A stretch of DNA of 64,000 nt from Eledone cirrhosa. Its lineage: Eukaryota. The notes below the pieces were generated by a model. That model saw only the letters and a program-made list of their open reading frames with translations. It did no database searches and was not told the DNA's origin. Shown here piece by piece: positions 33,868 to 48,040 of this stretch (positions are counted from its first letter, which is position 1; the number at the start of each line of letters is the position of its first letter). The stretch is from assembly GCA_964016885.1 (NCBI GenBank), contig OZ024740.1:247194001-247258000 (forward strand). Reading direction: 5' to 3'. The translations under genes and the position numbers were made by a program.

Positions 33868-35782
33868 ACCAACTTATATCAATCTAAGGCATTTGATAGG
33901 GTCGACCATCGGTAACTGGCGGCGGTCCTCGAGGCGACTGGTTTCGGGCCCATTTTCAGGGATTGGATCGCTGTGATGCACAGCGACATTTGTTCAGTTG
34001 TGAAGGTGAACAGTTATCTGTCACAGCCGTTCAGCATCATGCGCTCGGTCCGTCAGGGTTGTCCTCTCTCGCCACTCTTGTATGTATTGGCCCTCGAGCC
34101 GTTACTGCACAAATTGGAGGCGATGAGAGACATCGATTAACTAGGATGTGGGAGATACGTATCGGCTTACGCCGACGACGTCACCGTGGTGGTGTCAAGC
34201 GCCGGACATGTTCAGATGCTCGACACCGCTCTCAAGTAATATGAAACAGTGACAGGAGCAAAGTTAAACCAGGAAAAGGCGCTGGGCTTGCAGCTCGGCA
34301 CCTGGAGAGGAAAGTCCATGCCGCCCAACAGCGTCGTGGGGCGCTGGACAGAAGGACCGGTTAATTGCTAGGGGTTTGGTTCGGTCCGGACCTCCAGATG
34401 GACAAAAACTGGGACGAGGTGACGAGCAGGGTGGCTTCTCTCACCCAGAAATGGGCGGAGAGGAAGCTATCCCTGAAAGGTCGAGCGGAGGTGGCTAACG
34501 CGTACATCGCGTCCGTCATCTACTACCGCCTGACCGTCGTACCTTGTCCTAAGCCCCGCCTGACTGCGCTGGAGCGTTTGCTCTTTCGCTTTTTGAGGAA
34601 GGGACGCGCTCCGATGGTCAGGCGGTCCATCTGTTGTCAACACCCGCTACGTGGAGGGCTGGGCATGCCGTGGCTGATCATGCGCAGGCACGCGCTCAGG
34701 CTACGACATCTCCACCTCTTCCTCGACGGTGATCAGGTGTGGTCGCCGTTTGGCTAGACACGTATTTCCCCAGCTCGTCTCCTTGACGGAGCTGCAGTCC
34801 TGGGTCAAGCGAAGACCGAGTGGGAGCGCCTGGAGACTGGAATGTCTTCAGGCGCTCACAGCCCTCGACCAATCGGGCAATGTGATCGGTGGAAACTCCA
34901 CCTCGGCGTTCTATAGGGGATTAGTGGAGGGGAAGAGCGACGACGTACTTGGAGAAACTCTAGGCGTCGACGAAAATCAACTAGCCAATCTCTTCGGAAG
35001 AACTTTCGGGCCGGGACCTATGGACAACTTCCAGAAATCTCTGGCCTGGCAGTGCTACCGAGGAGCCTTGCCAGTTCGGGATAAACTCTACAGGCATGGA
35101 GGTGCCGTCAGCCGGGCATGTCCGAGATGCGCGCAGGGCGACAAAACCGTCCTGCACGCACTCGTCCAGTGTCCGAAAATTGCTGACTTGTGGGTTTATG
35201 TCGAACACCTGCTGTCGCGTGTAGGACGGATCCGGCTATCAGCTGAGTCCATCGTGAGGATTTCCCCGCTCTCCTCCTTTAGCCGGGAAGGGCAGGCAGT
35301 TTTTATCTGTCTGGTGGCCATGGCGAAAGAGATAGTATGGTGGACACGTTTGAAAGGGCTGAAGACGAGCACTTACCTCTACGGTGATGCCCTGATTGAC
35401 TTTTTCAAATTTCATTTGAAAAGGAAAATCAGAGTAGAGAGGGAAGTGCTCTCTTCCCAGCATTTTGTTGAAAGATGGATGAGAGAAGCAAGAATGGCTC
35501 GAGTGAATGGGCCTACTCTGAGTATATATATGTAAATTAAAGGTGGAAAACTGGGAGAGGGCACTTACCTTGGTGGTCCGTGTCACTGTGGCCTTTTACT
35601 GTGCTTTCTCCACAAATGTCCTCCGAAGTCTCCCCCCTATTGGGGAATTTTTCATTGTTATTTTTTGTTACATCCTCTGTTTTTGTTTTCTACACGCAGA
35701 TATGCCCATTTGTACCGTACTGTATTGTCCTGCACTGTCCTTAATGTCTACTTTATGTAAACCTTTGTGGTTAATAAAGAAA

Positions 35783-35814
<32 letters not shown>
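33868..35814 (+). mobile_element. 5' truncated Tx1 LINE with a (TTA)n tail
   Basis: QSKAFDRVDH, VRQGCPLSPLLY, YADD and zf-RVT, with frameshifts and stops. AATAAA, then (TTA)n at ~35783-35814. Confidence 0.9.
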
Positions 35815-36023
35815 GGCGACCTACGTAGGAAATCGTATTATCGTGAGCTCCGCAAAGGTTTGTTATTTCCGTTTGTTTAAAAATTGCCATTTATGGAAAA
35901 TTTTATTGTTAACTGTTTATAAGCACACATACATTGTTTTCCGAAAAGGACACCTAAAAAGATTGGGGCCTTGTGCCCAAAATTTTAACTTTTATTATTA
36001 TCAAAAAATTTCTTTGAAAAAAA

Positions 36024-37985
36024 ATGACTACTTCACCTCTGCACGAAGCAGCTGAAAGCCTTCCTCACAAAATAACACCTCACACCGACACCACCATTGT
36101 AAATGTTACTACGTTTGCCAACACAAAAAAAAATATAAGCAGTAGCAATATTTTAAATTTGTCTCAGGCAGACATTCATTTCCCGCCATTACCAATGACT
36201 GCAGGTGTTAAAGCCTCCACCACCACCACCACCGCGACAACCACCACCACCACCACCACCGCGACAACAGAAACAAAAGAAGAAAAAAATAAATTAACTC
36301 GTGATATCGAAATGAAATCAAGCAAAATGGACTCTTCCCCACCAAAGACGACTGACGTCACCACCACCACAACTGAAACTAAAATTAATATTAACGATAG
36401 CAACAACAACAACAATGACATTATAAAACCGACCCTCAGTTTCGCCATCGTAGCAAAACAATTCGAAGCGTTCACGGTAACTCAAGAAGATTTAGAAAAT
36501 GCCAAACAAATGGTTAAGAAAGATGGGTACAGGGTCAGCCTCACCCACCCACCTAATAAAATGGAGCATCGGCGCCTGTGCACCGTGTCGTATAGAACAA
36601 TAAATGTAAAATCGCGCCGAGTGGAACGGGCATCCGAGTCCCAAATCCAAAAAGCTTTGGGAGATGTGTGGGCAAGAAAAACCCACATCAGACGTGGGCA
36701 AAAGTATGGAACCGTGGATGTGTTCTTTGAAACACCAGAGGAGGCTAGAGAACACTCCATGGCCCCATTAAAAAGTGACGACCTCACACTCGTCCCAAGC
36801 TATTGTGGCCAGAGACTCGTAAAGATCAGGGTGACCCACGTTCCACCGGCCATCGAAATTCCCTGGCATCGAAGCCAACACGAAAATAATAGCAGTAGCA
36901 AAAGAAAAGCAGGAAAACTGGTCCGGATCTGGGATGGATCTCCTGATCCAAGCGGACCAAAAAAGCATTGAGGAGATCCCAGAGGTAATAGACCTCACTG
37001 ACGGCAGCCACCTCACTGTAATTGTCGAGGGCAGAAGACCTAGGTGTGTCGTTTGTGGTGAAGGAACCCACCTAAGGGCTTTCTGCCCTCAGGCTAAAAG
37101 GTTGAGGCCACCTCTCCTACCCACCCCAGTGACACAACCATCAACACCACCAGTAGCAGAGATGGCAGCAACAACTGTAGCAGCAACAACAGAAGCAACT
37201 ATAACAGCAACAACCCCAGCAACAGTAGCAAAACCAACACCACTACCACTACCAGCAAAACCAACACCACCACCACCCAACGCTTCAGAACTAGCACCAG
37301 CGCCTACACCATCCACCACACCACAACCAAAACTAACGGCTGTGGAGGATTTTCCACTCCCCGGCCTATCACAACTGGAGACAGATTGTGACGACGAGGA
37401 GTGGGAAACGATATCCGGAAAAAAAAAAGAAACCAAAAAAGAAAAAATTCTCTTCCTTCCCCCTCCAAAAACAAAATACAGAGGGAAACAAATAAACTAA
37501 GAAACAAAAAAGTTAGGACAGATATGCCACCATCCACACCAGCATCACCAACCCCATCAACCCAAACACCAACACCATCACCATCATTATCCCCAGCACC
37601 ACCATCACCTACACCACAAAAGTCACCAAAATGCGAAACAGAAACAAACCCACAACAAACGCAAACAAAACAAAACAACCAAAACGATACACACTACACA
37701 GCATTAAATTTGAACAACAAGCAATTATTACACTACATCCAACACAACACCAGCATCACAGAAAAAGACTACACAACAACCCCAAAATTCACACCACCTC
37801 CACACATACAAATCACTCGGATCACACAGAAAACGTACATGACACTAAAACAAAAATTCCCCAAAGACATCGGAGACTTCCGACAAGCACTCTCCAGGAG
37901 GATTTATAAGGACATCCTTCCTGAGGAGGCCACAAGCAGTGAAAAGGATGGAAAAGCCGTCCTTCCCCTACGAGAAGTAAGGTAA
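36024..37985 (+). pseudogene. Tx1 ORF1 with CCHC knuckle, two frameshifts
   Basis: Three overlapping ORF pieces: LSFAIVAK, VIVEGRRPRCVVCGEGTHLRAFCPQ, Pro/Thr-rich linker. Confidence 0.82.
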
Positions 37986-38019
37986 GTGGTCTTTCCCATC
38001 TTTTCCACTCCTTTTCAAC

Positions 38020-41000
38020 ATGACCTCACTCAGAATAGGCAGCATAAATGCGCGTGGCTTGGGGTCGTCATGGAAGCAGGGCCACCTGCTCAACGACCTC
38101 AGGTCACTAAACATAGATGTAGTGGCCATCAGCGAGACCAGAATCTCCGAAGCACAGGCTTTCGCACCGATCTTCGGCGGCTACGATGTGTACGCATCTC
38201 CCAGCCGTCCGGGATCGGGGGGAGGAGTTGCTGTGCTTTTTCGGAGAGGTTTGGATCTTGCCATACGGGCCATCTTCCTGGACCCGGAAGGTAAGTTGGT
38301 GGTGCTGGACGTGACCAGCGGAGACGGGCAAGCTTTCAGGTTAGTGGCCGTCTATGCCCCGACAGGAGCAGGGCGGCCTGATTTCTTCCGGCGTCTGGAG
38401 ACCTTTCTTGGAACGTCCCGCTCTTTAGTGTTAGTGGGCGACTGGAACGGGATCTTAGATGCACGCTGGGATTGTGTGGGATTAGTGGATAGGGAAGGAG
38501 GGTGCAAGAGTCTCACCAACCTGCTCAGACGTTTTGAACTGTCTGACAGGTACCGAATGGATTTCCCGAATGTACCAATGTGGACTTGGACAAATCGCAT
38601 AGGGTCATCCAGATCATATCTAGATAGAGTATTTTGTATGGAAATAGATAGGTCTAGCATAGGCTGTCCACAATTCAAGATAGTAAGCTACACGGACCAC
38701 AAATTCGTGATCTGTGTGCTTGACTTAGATAGGCTTCATAGACGAGGACCCGGCTACTGGAAGCTAAACGCGTCCTTACCAGCGCGCAAGGCCTACAGAG
38801 ACCGGATTAGCGACCGACGTGCTTGCGGCGAAATTGGCCCTTGACCAATTCTTCAATGCAAAGCACGAAAGCTGCGTTGTCAGAGCTAGGGTGCGTGCTC
38901 TCAGACACGAGGGGACGAAAGCCGTTCAATGGGCCCGAGTGGCGGAGGCGCGTCGTGGCAACAAAGCCACGATCCGGTCTTTGGTGGACCACGACGGGCG
39001 CATGCTACTCGATCCCGGGCAAATGTGTGAAGCTTTTCAGCGACACTTCGCTCAACTGTTCGGGGGCAGTGGCGGGCCGGATCGAGGGATGGACTTTAGT
39101 GTCTACCTCGACGGACTGCCGCGGCTTTCGGCCACTGAGGCGGAGTGTTGCGAAAAGCCGATAACAACCGCTGAAGTACGGGATGCAATGACTAGTTGCA
39201 CAAGGGGTAAATCGCCTGGTTTGGATGGTCTGCCCTATGAACTTTACGTACAAATGCCAAACTTGTTCGGAGGCCTCTTGGCGGACGTCTACTGTAACTG
39301 GCAACAGAACGGGAGAATTCCCAGCTCTGTGAGCCGAGGAGCGGTGGCGCTGCTGAGAAAGGATCCGAACAAGGGGGATAACATAGATAATTTTAGGCCC
39401 ATAACTCTGCTAAACACAGAGTTCAAGATTTTGGCCAAGGTGCTAGCAAAGAGGTTGGCGCTTGTCGTTGGTGGTCTGGTGGGAGAGGCACAGACATGCG
39501 CCATTCCCGACAGATCCATCCACGACAACCTCCACCTCATGTGATACATCGTAGAGAGGGTAGCTAGGGAACCTGGCACGGGTGGGTCTTTGATCAATTT
39601 AGATCAGTCGAAAGCCTTCGATAGGGTCGACCATCGTTACCTAGCGGCAGTCCTGAGGGCGGCTGGCTTTGGGCCCGTCTTCAGAGGCTGGATCGCTGCC
39701 ATGCACAGCGACATCTGCTCTGTAGTGAGAGTGAACGGTCACCTTTCGGAACCGTTCAACATCATGCGCTCGGTCCGCCAAGGATGTCCCCTCTCGTCCC
39801 TATTGTACGTATTGACTCTCGAGCCATTACTGCACAAACTGGAGACGTTGAGGGGGGTCCCGCGCGAACTAGGATGCGGAAGATCCGTGTCAGCATATGC
39901 CGACGATGTCACCGTAGTGGTGTCGAACGCCAAACACATCGAGTCGATCGGCACTACACTAAGAGAATACGAAGCGGTGACAGGAGCAATGATCAACCAG
40001 GAAAAGTCAGTGGGCCTGCAGCTCGGCACCTGGAGAGGCAGGTCCATGCCGTCCAACAGCGTCGTCGGGCGCTGGACGGACGGACCGGTTAAATTGCTAG
40101 GGATCTGGTTCGGTCCAGACCTCCAGACGGACAAAAACTGGGACGAGGTGACGAGCAGGGTGGCTTCTCTCACCCAGAAATGGGCCGAGAGGAAGCTATC
40201 CCTGAAAGGTCGAGCGGAGGTGGCGAATGCGTACATCGCATCCGTCATCTACTACCGCCTGACCGTCGTACCTTGTCCTAAGCCCCGCCTGACTGCGCTG
40301 GAGCGTTTGCTCTTTCGCTTCTTGTGGAAGGGACGCGCTCCGATGGTCAGGCGATCCATCTGCTGTCAACACTCGCTACGTGGAGGGCTGGGCATGCCGT
40401 GGCTGATGATGCGCAGACACGCGCTCAGGCTACGACATCTCCACCTCTTCCTCGACGGTGATCAGGTGTGGTCGCCGTTTGCAAGACACGTTTTTCCCCA
40501 GCTCGTCTCCTTGACGGAGCTGCAGTCCTGGGTCAAGCGAAGACCGAGAGGGAGCGCTTGGAGACTAGAATGTCTTCAGGCGCTCACAGCCCTCGACCAA
40601 TCGGGCAATGTGATCGGTGGAAACTCCACCTTGGCGTTCTATAGGGGATTAGTGGAGGGGAAGAGCGACGACGTACTTGGAGAAACTCTAGGCGTCGACG
40701 AAAATCAACTAGCCAATCTCTTCGGAAGGACTTTCGGGCCGGGGCCTATGGACAACTTCCAGAAATCCCTGGCCTGGCAGTGCTACCGAGGAGCTTTGCT
40801 AGTTCGGGATAAACTCTACAAGCATGGAGGTGCCGTCAACCGGGCATGTCCGAGATGCGCGCAGGGCGACGAAACCGTCCTGCACGCACTCGTCCAGTGT
40901 CCGAGCATTGCTGACTTGTGGGTTTATGTCGAACACCTGCTGTCACGTGTAGGATGGATCCAGCTATCAGCTGAGTCCATCGTGAGGATTGCCCCGCCCC

Positions 41001-41263
41001 CTTCCTTTAGCCTGGAAGGGCAGGCAGTTTTTATCTGTCTGGTGGCCATGGCGAAAGAGATAGTATGGTGGACACGTTTGAAAGGGCTGAAGACGAGCAC
41101 TTACCTCTTCGGTGATGCCCTGATTAACTTTTTCAAATTTCATTTGAAAAGGAAAATCAGGGTAGAGAGGGAACTGCTCTCTTCCCAGCATTTTGTTGAA
41201 AGATGGATGAGAGAAGCAAGTATGGCCCGAGTGAATGGGCCTACTCTGAGTATGTGTCTGTAA
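38020..41263 (+). pseudogene. Tx1 ORF2 (APE-RT-zf-RVT) with one frameshifting deletion (~38810) and one stop (39542)
   Basis: SINARGL, ISET, VGDWN, SYLDRV, YTDH, KSPGLDGL, FRPITLLN, LDQSKAFD, VRQGCPLS, YADD, CPRC..ETVLHALVQC. Confidence 0.92.
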
Positions 41264-41505
41264 ATTAAAAGTGGAAAACTGGGAGAGGGCACTTGCCCTG
41301 GTGGTCAGGGCCACTGTGGTCTTTTAATGGGCTTTCTCCACAAATGTCCCTTGGAAGTCTCCCCCCTATTGGGGAATTTTTCTTTGTTATTTTATTTCAA
41401 CCTCTGTTTTTTTACACGCAGAAATGCCCATTTGTACCGTCCTGTATTGTCCTGTACTGTCCTTAATGTCTACTTTATGTGAACCCTTGTGGTTAATAAA
41501 GAAAA

Positions 41506-41583
<78 letters not shown>

Positions 41584-44034
41584 CATTCGGAAATTGCGTT
41601 GGAAAACGTATTATTGTGAGCTCCATAAAGATTTGTTGTTTTCAATTGTTTTGAAATACCAGTTATGGAAAATTTTTGTTGTTAACTGTTTATAAGTTCA
41701 TATGTATTTCTTTCTGAAAAGGACACTCACTAATATTGGGGCGTCGATCCCAAAACTTAAACTTTATTTTGTCAAACAACAATTTAAAAAAAAACATGTA
41801 CGCCATATGCCTCCCAAAATCTAGCCAGCTGTCTTGTGACGGCAGGTCTAACATATACATTACTCCCACCACCACCATTATGAAGCTTGCTACAATTGTC
41901 AAAACCGATAAAGTTTTCGCTAACAGCAGCAGCAGCAATAGCCGTCGCCAAGGTTTGCCACGTGCAGACGTAGACTTCCCGCCTTTACCTATGTTTACAG
42001 TTGTTAAAGCCGCCTTATCCACCACCACAATGTCGAAGAGTACATCCAACACCACTGATACCACCACGACCACCACCACAGCATTAACTGAAACAAAAAA
42101 GTGATGAAAATGGATTCTCCCACAATGGATTCTCCCACGTCGAACGCCACTGACACCACCACAACGACAGCAACATCTGAAACAAAAATAATAACAAAAA
42201 TAACAATAACAACAACAGCAACAACAGCAACAATAAGAATAACAACAACAACACGAACACTAAATGTGTCTTTGGCTAAATCGGCGAACAAGAACGAAAC
42301 GATTGAGGTAAGGCAAGAAGAACTGAATGAGGTTGGGCGAATGGTTTTTAGAGGACCACGACGGGCGAATGTTACTCGAACCCGAGCACATGTGTGCGGC
42401 TTTTCAGTGGCATTTCGCTCAGCTGTTTGGGGGAAATGGTGGGTCGGATCGCAGCGGATGGACTTTAGCGCCTACCTCGATGGACTGCCGCGGCTCTCAG
42501 CCACTGAAGCAGAGTGTTGCGAAAGGCCGATAACAGCCGCTGAAATACGGGTAGCAATGACTGATTGCACGATGGGTAAATCGCCTGGTTTGGATGATCT
42601 TCCCTACGAACTTTACGTACAGATGCTAGACTTGTTCGGCGAGCTCTTGGCGGACGTCTACTCAACTGGCAGCAGAACGGGAGAGTTCCCAGCTCTGTGA
42701 GCCGTGGAGCAGTAGCGTTGCCGAGAAAGAACCCGAATAAGAGGGACAAGATAGATAATTTCAGGCTCATAACTCTGCTAAACGTAGAGTTCATTGTTGT
42801 TCATTGTTGGTTTGAGTTGATAAACCGTCTCCCCATACTTGTTATTACTAAACTATATTATTATTATTACTTTTATTAATAATTTATGTCGATGGATTGG
42901 TGGAATCAGTGGAGCGTCGGACAACGTTTTGTTGCATAGGATTACGGCCCTTTACGAGACTGACGCTTGACGTCGGTGGTCCGGTGGGAGAGGCACAGAC
43001 ATGCGCCATTCCAGACAGATCCATCCACGAAAATCTGCACCCCGTGGAGAGGGTAGCTAACGAACCTGGCGCGGGAGTGGCCTTGATCAATTTAGACCAG
43101 TCGAAAGCTTTGGATAGGGTCGACCATCGTTATTTGGCGGCATTCCTGAGGGCGGCTCGCTTTGGGCCCATCTTCAGAGGCTGGATCACTGCCATGCACA
43201 GCAGCATCTGCTCTGTGGTGACAGTGAACGGTCACATTTTGGAACCATTCAACATCACGCGCTCGCTCCGCCAAGGATGTCCTCTCTCGTCCCTGTTGTA
43301 CGTATTGACTCTCGAGCCATTACTGCACAAATTGGAGACGTTGAGGGGGTCCTGCGATAAATGAGATGCGGGAGAACCGTGTCAGCATATGCAGACGACG
43401 TCATCGTAGTGGTGTCGAGTGCCAAACACATCGAAGCGATCGGCACTGCTCTAAGGGAATACGAGGCGGTGACAGGTGCAATGAAAAGTCAGTGGGCCTG
43501 CGGGTCGCCACCAGGAGGAGCAGGTCCATGCCATCCAACAGCACGTCGGGCGCTGGGCCGACGCACCGGTTAAACTGCTAGGGGCCTGATTCGGTCCGGA
43601 CCTCCAGATGGACAAAAACTGGGATCAAGTGACGAGTAAGGTGGCCTCTCTCACCTAGAAATGGCCGGAGAGGAAGCTATCGCTGAAAGGTCGAGCGGAG
43701 GTGGCGAACGCGTACATTGCGTCTGTCATCTACTGTCGCCTGACCGTCGTGCCTTCTCCTAATCCTCGCCTGACAACGTTGGATCGTTTGCTCTTTCGCT
43801 TTTTGTGGAAGGGACGCGCTCCAATGGTCAGGCGGTACATTTGCTGTCAACACCCGCTACGTGGAGTGCTGGGCATGCCGTGGCTGATGATGCGCAAACA
43901 TGGCCCTCGGGATATGGAATCTCTACCACTTCCTCGGCGGTGGAGACGTGTTTTTTCCTAACTCGTCTCATTGATGGAGCTGCATTCCTGGGTCAAGCGA
44001 AGACCAAGAGGGAGTGCTTGGAGACTGGAATGTC
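41584..44034 (+). mobile_element. Internally deleted, 3' truncated Tx1 LINE
   Basis: 5' UTR resembles 35815-36020. The ORF1 N terminus is joined at ~42345 to the ORF2 pre-RT region. RT motifs are interrupted by an insertion at ~42794-42955, and the copy ends abruptly at 44034. Confidence 0.85.
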
Positions 44035-45261
44035 AATAATAAACCCTACAGGCAGAAATCTGGGACCGCTATGGGAACAAAAACAGCCCCCACTTATGCC
44101 AACCTAGTCATGGGATACCTGGAAATCACCCTCCACACTAAAGTTCTAAACAAATTTGGAAACACCCTCCACTTACACATTGAAAGGAACTGGAAACGAT
44201 ATCTAGATGACTGCTTCATCCTTTGGCACGAAAACATCGAAAAACTTAAAGAATTTCACACCCTTATAAATGGGCTCAACACAAATATTAACTTCACGAT
44301 GGAATACAGCCATCAACAACTCCCCTTCCTCGACATCCTCATTAAGATCCATAACAAAAAAATAGAAACAGACATATACTACAAGCCCACAGACTCCAAG
44401 CAATATCTCCCCTTCAACTCTTGCCACCCTAGACACGTTAAAATTAATATTCCCTACAACTTAGCCAAGAGAATCTGTACTATAGTCTCCAATAAAAACA
44501 TCTGCTACTTACGGCTACAAGAACTAAAGGACACACTCATAGGCAGGGACTACCCTGCATCACTAATTGACAATGGAATCCAACGTGCCCTAAAACTCAG
44601 TACCCAGGACCTTAGACACCCTAAAGTAAATCAACCAAAACTAAAAGCTCTTCCATACATCTCCACACACAACCCCCTCAACAATGAGGCCTTTGACACC
44701 ATCCTCCAGAACATCCCTGTATTGAAAAAGGACCATAGAATGAACCAAATTCTACGAACACACGATATCATAAAGAGCAAAAGACAATCCAAATCAATGA
44801 AAAACATCTTAACACATGCCAAAGTACTGCCAACCACAACAACGAAACCCACAGTAAAAAAATGCGATAGACCCAACTGTGGCATTTGCATCAACCTAAT
44901 AGAGGGTTCGGAATTCTATTTCAAAGATGGACAACGTTTTATAGTAAAACACAATTTCACATGCGCATCGGAAAATCTAATATATGTATTAACTTGTTCA
45001 GGTTGTCGAGAACAATACATAGGCCATACCAAAAACAGCCTCCGCCAACGCATGACTGTCCATAGATCCCAAATTAAAATACGGGAATACAGGAAAATAC
45101 CACTGAGTGAACACATTGATACCTGTGCCGCCCAAAATCATCCCAACTTCAGAATCTTTCCCCTCTACAAATTTAAAGATAATGCCACCCACACCCAGCG
45201 CATCAGCAAGGAATCTTACTTCATTAACAAATACGGACCCCGTCTAAACACTTCTCCCTAA
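44035..45261 (+). pseudogene. 5' truncated PLE ORF (Neptune-like): RT C-terminal half, thumb and GIY-YIG, open to the stop codon
   Basis: QKSGTAMGTKTAPTYANL, WKRYLDD, LPFLDI, YYKPTDSKQYL..SCHP, CDRPNCGIC, FTC..NLIYVLTCSGC..YIGHT..LRQR..H..E..LN. Confidence 0.9.
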
Positions 45262-45388
45262 CACGAACCCATAACATACACACGTCAACATACATACCTA
45301 CATCAGCACACATCTCTACCCACATATAAACACAATGACATACGTAAACACACATGCTCTATGGTGCAACACAAAAAAATATATGTGC

Positions 45389-45434
<46 letters not shown>

Positions 45435-45621
45435 AGTGAATATATGTATGTGTATATATATATAGTGAATATCATTTCACACCTTTTATTGTTAAGATTT
45501 TTGATGTTCTATTAAGAGAACCGATTTTACTGAAAAAATCGAATAATGTACACCATTTTACCAGGGGGGAAAAATACTGGTCCACCCACACACACATATA
45601 TACACACACACATACACACGC

Positions 45622-45799
45622 GTACATCAACATACAAAGAGACTTATATATACACACACACACACACACACACGCACTTCTCCGTATAAGACAAAAGCTG
45701 AAAAATATCTTTTGACATGCTAAAATACCCCCCATTGCTTTGAGACACATTCTTACTGACCATCCCTGCCACCACGAATTACTCTGCTATACACACACA

Positions 45800-45878
<79 letters not shown>

Positions 45879-46045
45879 ACATCAACATACAAAGAGACTT
45901 ATATATACACACACACACACACACACGCGCGCACTTCTCCGTATAAGACAAAAGCTGAAAAATATCTTTTGACATGCTAAAATACCCCCCATTGCTTTCA
46001 GACACCTTCTTACTGACCATCCCTGCCACCACGAATTACTCTGCT

Positions 46046-46110
<65 letters not shown>
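45622..46110. repeat. Tandem duplication of a ~255-bp unit containing (CA)n
   Basis: TACATCAACATACAAAGAGAC...GAATTACTCTGCT starts at ~45623 and again at ~45878. Confidence 0.85.
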
Positions 46111-46111
<1 letters not shown>

Positions 46112-46180
46112 ATCTTAATAGCCATTTGACACACATCGCTGCTAACCATTATCACATCGAACACCTTACTACTACTACTA

Positions 46181-46271
<91 letters not shown>

Positions 46272-46296
46272 TTGTTGTGAAAGAGTCATTTCTCAA

Positions 46297-46513
46297 TCTT
46301 GGCGCAAAACCAATTTTTTATTCACATGACCTCTACCGACCAATCAAAATTGTTTTGACCACAAGAATTTTTGCTGGAGCCACTTTTTTAACATAAAAAC
46401 AGTCTTGGCGCAAAATCAATTTTTTACATTCACATGACCTCTACCGACCAATCAAAATTGTTTTGACCACAAGAATGTTTGCAAATTGGAGCCACTTTTT
46501 TAACATAAAAACA
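46297..46513. repeat. Tandem duplication of a ~106-bp unit
   Basis: TCTTGGCGCAAAA...TAACATAAAAACAG occurs twice in succession. Confidence 0.85.
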
Positions 46514-46729
46514 GGTAGAATTCCCAAAACTAATCAGATCAGAGCAAACAGCACGGACACTCTATCTCAAAATTATTTTTGAAAAGCATTTAGAAATGCG
46601 CAACCGGTAAAAACTTAAAAACTTAAAACCACAACTGAATACTAACCATACAATCACTAATACTCTTTTATTCCTAATTAAACCATTTTTCAACTGTGAA
46701 CAATTTGTCAGCATTTTCTATTCCGTTTA

Positions 46730-46810
<81 letters not shown>

Positions 46811-46888
46811 TGATGAGCAGAACAAACAAACATTAAACAATCCTTTAAATAAATAAAAAAATAATTTAAATATCTACCTGTTCATAAT

Positions 46889-46967
46889 GCTATTACCGGC
46901 GGTTTCCATCCACAACAGATTGGAAATTCAGAGAATTTCCAACGGAAAGTAGATTTCATCAGATAGC
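46889..46967 (-). ncRNA. Hammerhead ribozyme (GUA triplet)
   Basis: Minus strand: GCTAT-CTGATGA-..TTGGAAATT CTCTG AATTTCCAA..-GAAA-CCG C CGG-TA-ATAGC. Confidence 0.7.
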
Positions 46968-47349
46968 TATTTCCTTTCTATAGGACATACGTCCCATGGT
47001 CCGCAAATATAATGCTAACTACCAGCTCGTATGGGTTATAGCCGTTAAAGCCGTTAAAGTGACCCATACGTGACCTGGCCACTAGAGCAAGCGGGAATAT
47101 TACAGACTTGTTGATGGCTTGGCTGCTAAAAAAATCGCAGTAAGCAACAACGAATTTTTTTCTCTACATAGATTGGAGAATATATAAAAATCAGGTAAAT
47201 ATCTCATATATATATATAAGCTATATTAGTAAACCGTTTCTGTTACTCGAGTCAATAAATATTAATAATGTATATGTTATGCAGCAAATGTTTACCTTCT
47301 TTTACAATGAACGGTGTATTCATGTAACTCATTGTCTAATTACATATGC

Positions 47350-47890
47350 CAAAACAAGAGCAAGAATGAGGGGCTCATTCTACTGACATGCCTTAAAAGA
47401 GGCTGTTTTAAAAATTGCAAACGAATCGAATATTGTTATTAATATTCGAAAATCTCAGATTACATTTATTGTATTCAGCCACCTAGTGCGATAACTATTT
47501 GTTAGTTACTTGAATATGGCAAAGCCGGCCATTAATCGCTCGTATACATGAAACTGACTGGCCTGTCGGCTGATATACAAATCTGGCTGATTCGTGGATC
47601 TGCTAATATGCAGATCTGACTGATCAGCCAGTCTGCTAATATGCAAATCAGGCGGATCAGTCACTGTATATTTTAGAAAATATCATATATTTTCACTAGC
47701 TCTGACAGTTAGCAGGTGAACAGTGAACTGTACTGATGAAGGGTGATACCCAGAAACATTAGTGTCTGCAGTTCTGTTTACATACCAACACAAGAGCAAG
47801 AATGAGTGGCTCATTCTACTGACATGGCTTAAAAAGAGGCTGTTTGCATAATTACAAACGAATTGATCGATAACTATTTGTTAGTTACTA
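47350..47890 (+). mobile_element. Second copy of the family C hammerhead element, with a direct terminal duplication
   Basis: Reverse complement of 8220-8640. ~47350-47430 is repeated at ~47785-47865. Confidence 0.7.
47725..47774 (+). ncRNA. Hammerhead ribozyme (family C, GUC triplet, 8-bp helix I)
   Basis: GAACTGTA-CTGATGA(47733-47739)-A-GGGT GAT ACCC-A-GAAA-CATTAGTG-TC-TGCAGTTC. Confidence 0.75.
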
Positions 47891-48040
47891 TATATATATA
47901 TATATTTAAATGTTAAACAAGGTTCACTGAATAAATCAAAGAATTAGTTTTACAATAGAAGCACTCAACAGAATGGTTTTCCGGAGTTATTAATATTAAT
48001 TAAAAATATTAACAAAAATAGACATTCGTGTGATCAAGTA

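Larger units (their letters stand above)
35815..41583 (+). mobile_element. Full-length Tx1-type LINE, lightly decayed
   Basis: 5' UTR, ORF1, ORF2, 3' UTR with AATAAA, and a (TTA)n tail at ~41507-41583. Confidence 0.92.

Noticed and set aside
39542-39544. In-frame TGA in Tx1 ORF2 as a recoding site
   Set aside because: The homologous copy has Arg (LHLMRYI), so CGA>TGA decay explains it. The ORF also has a frameshift.
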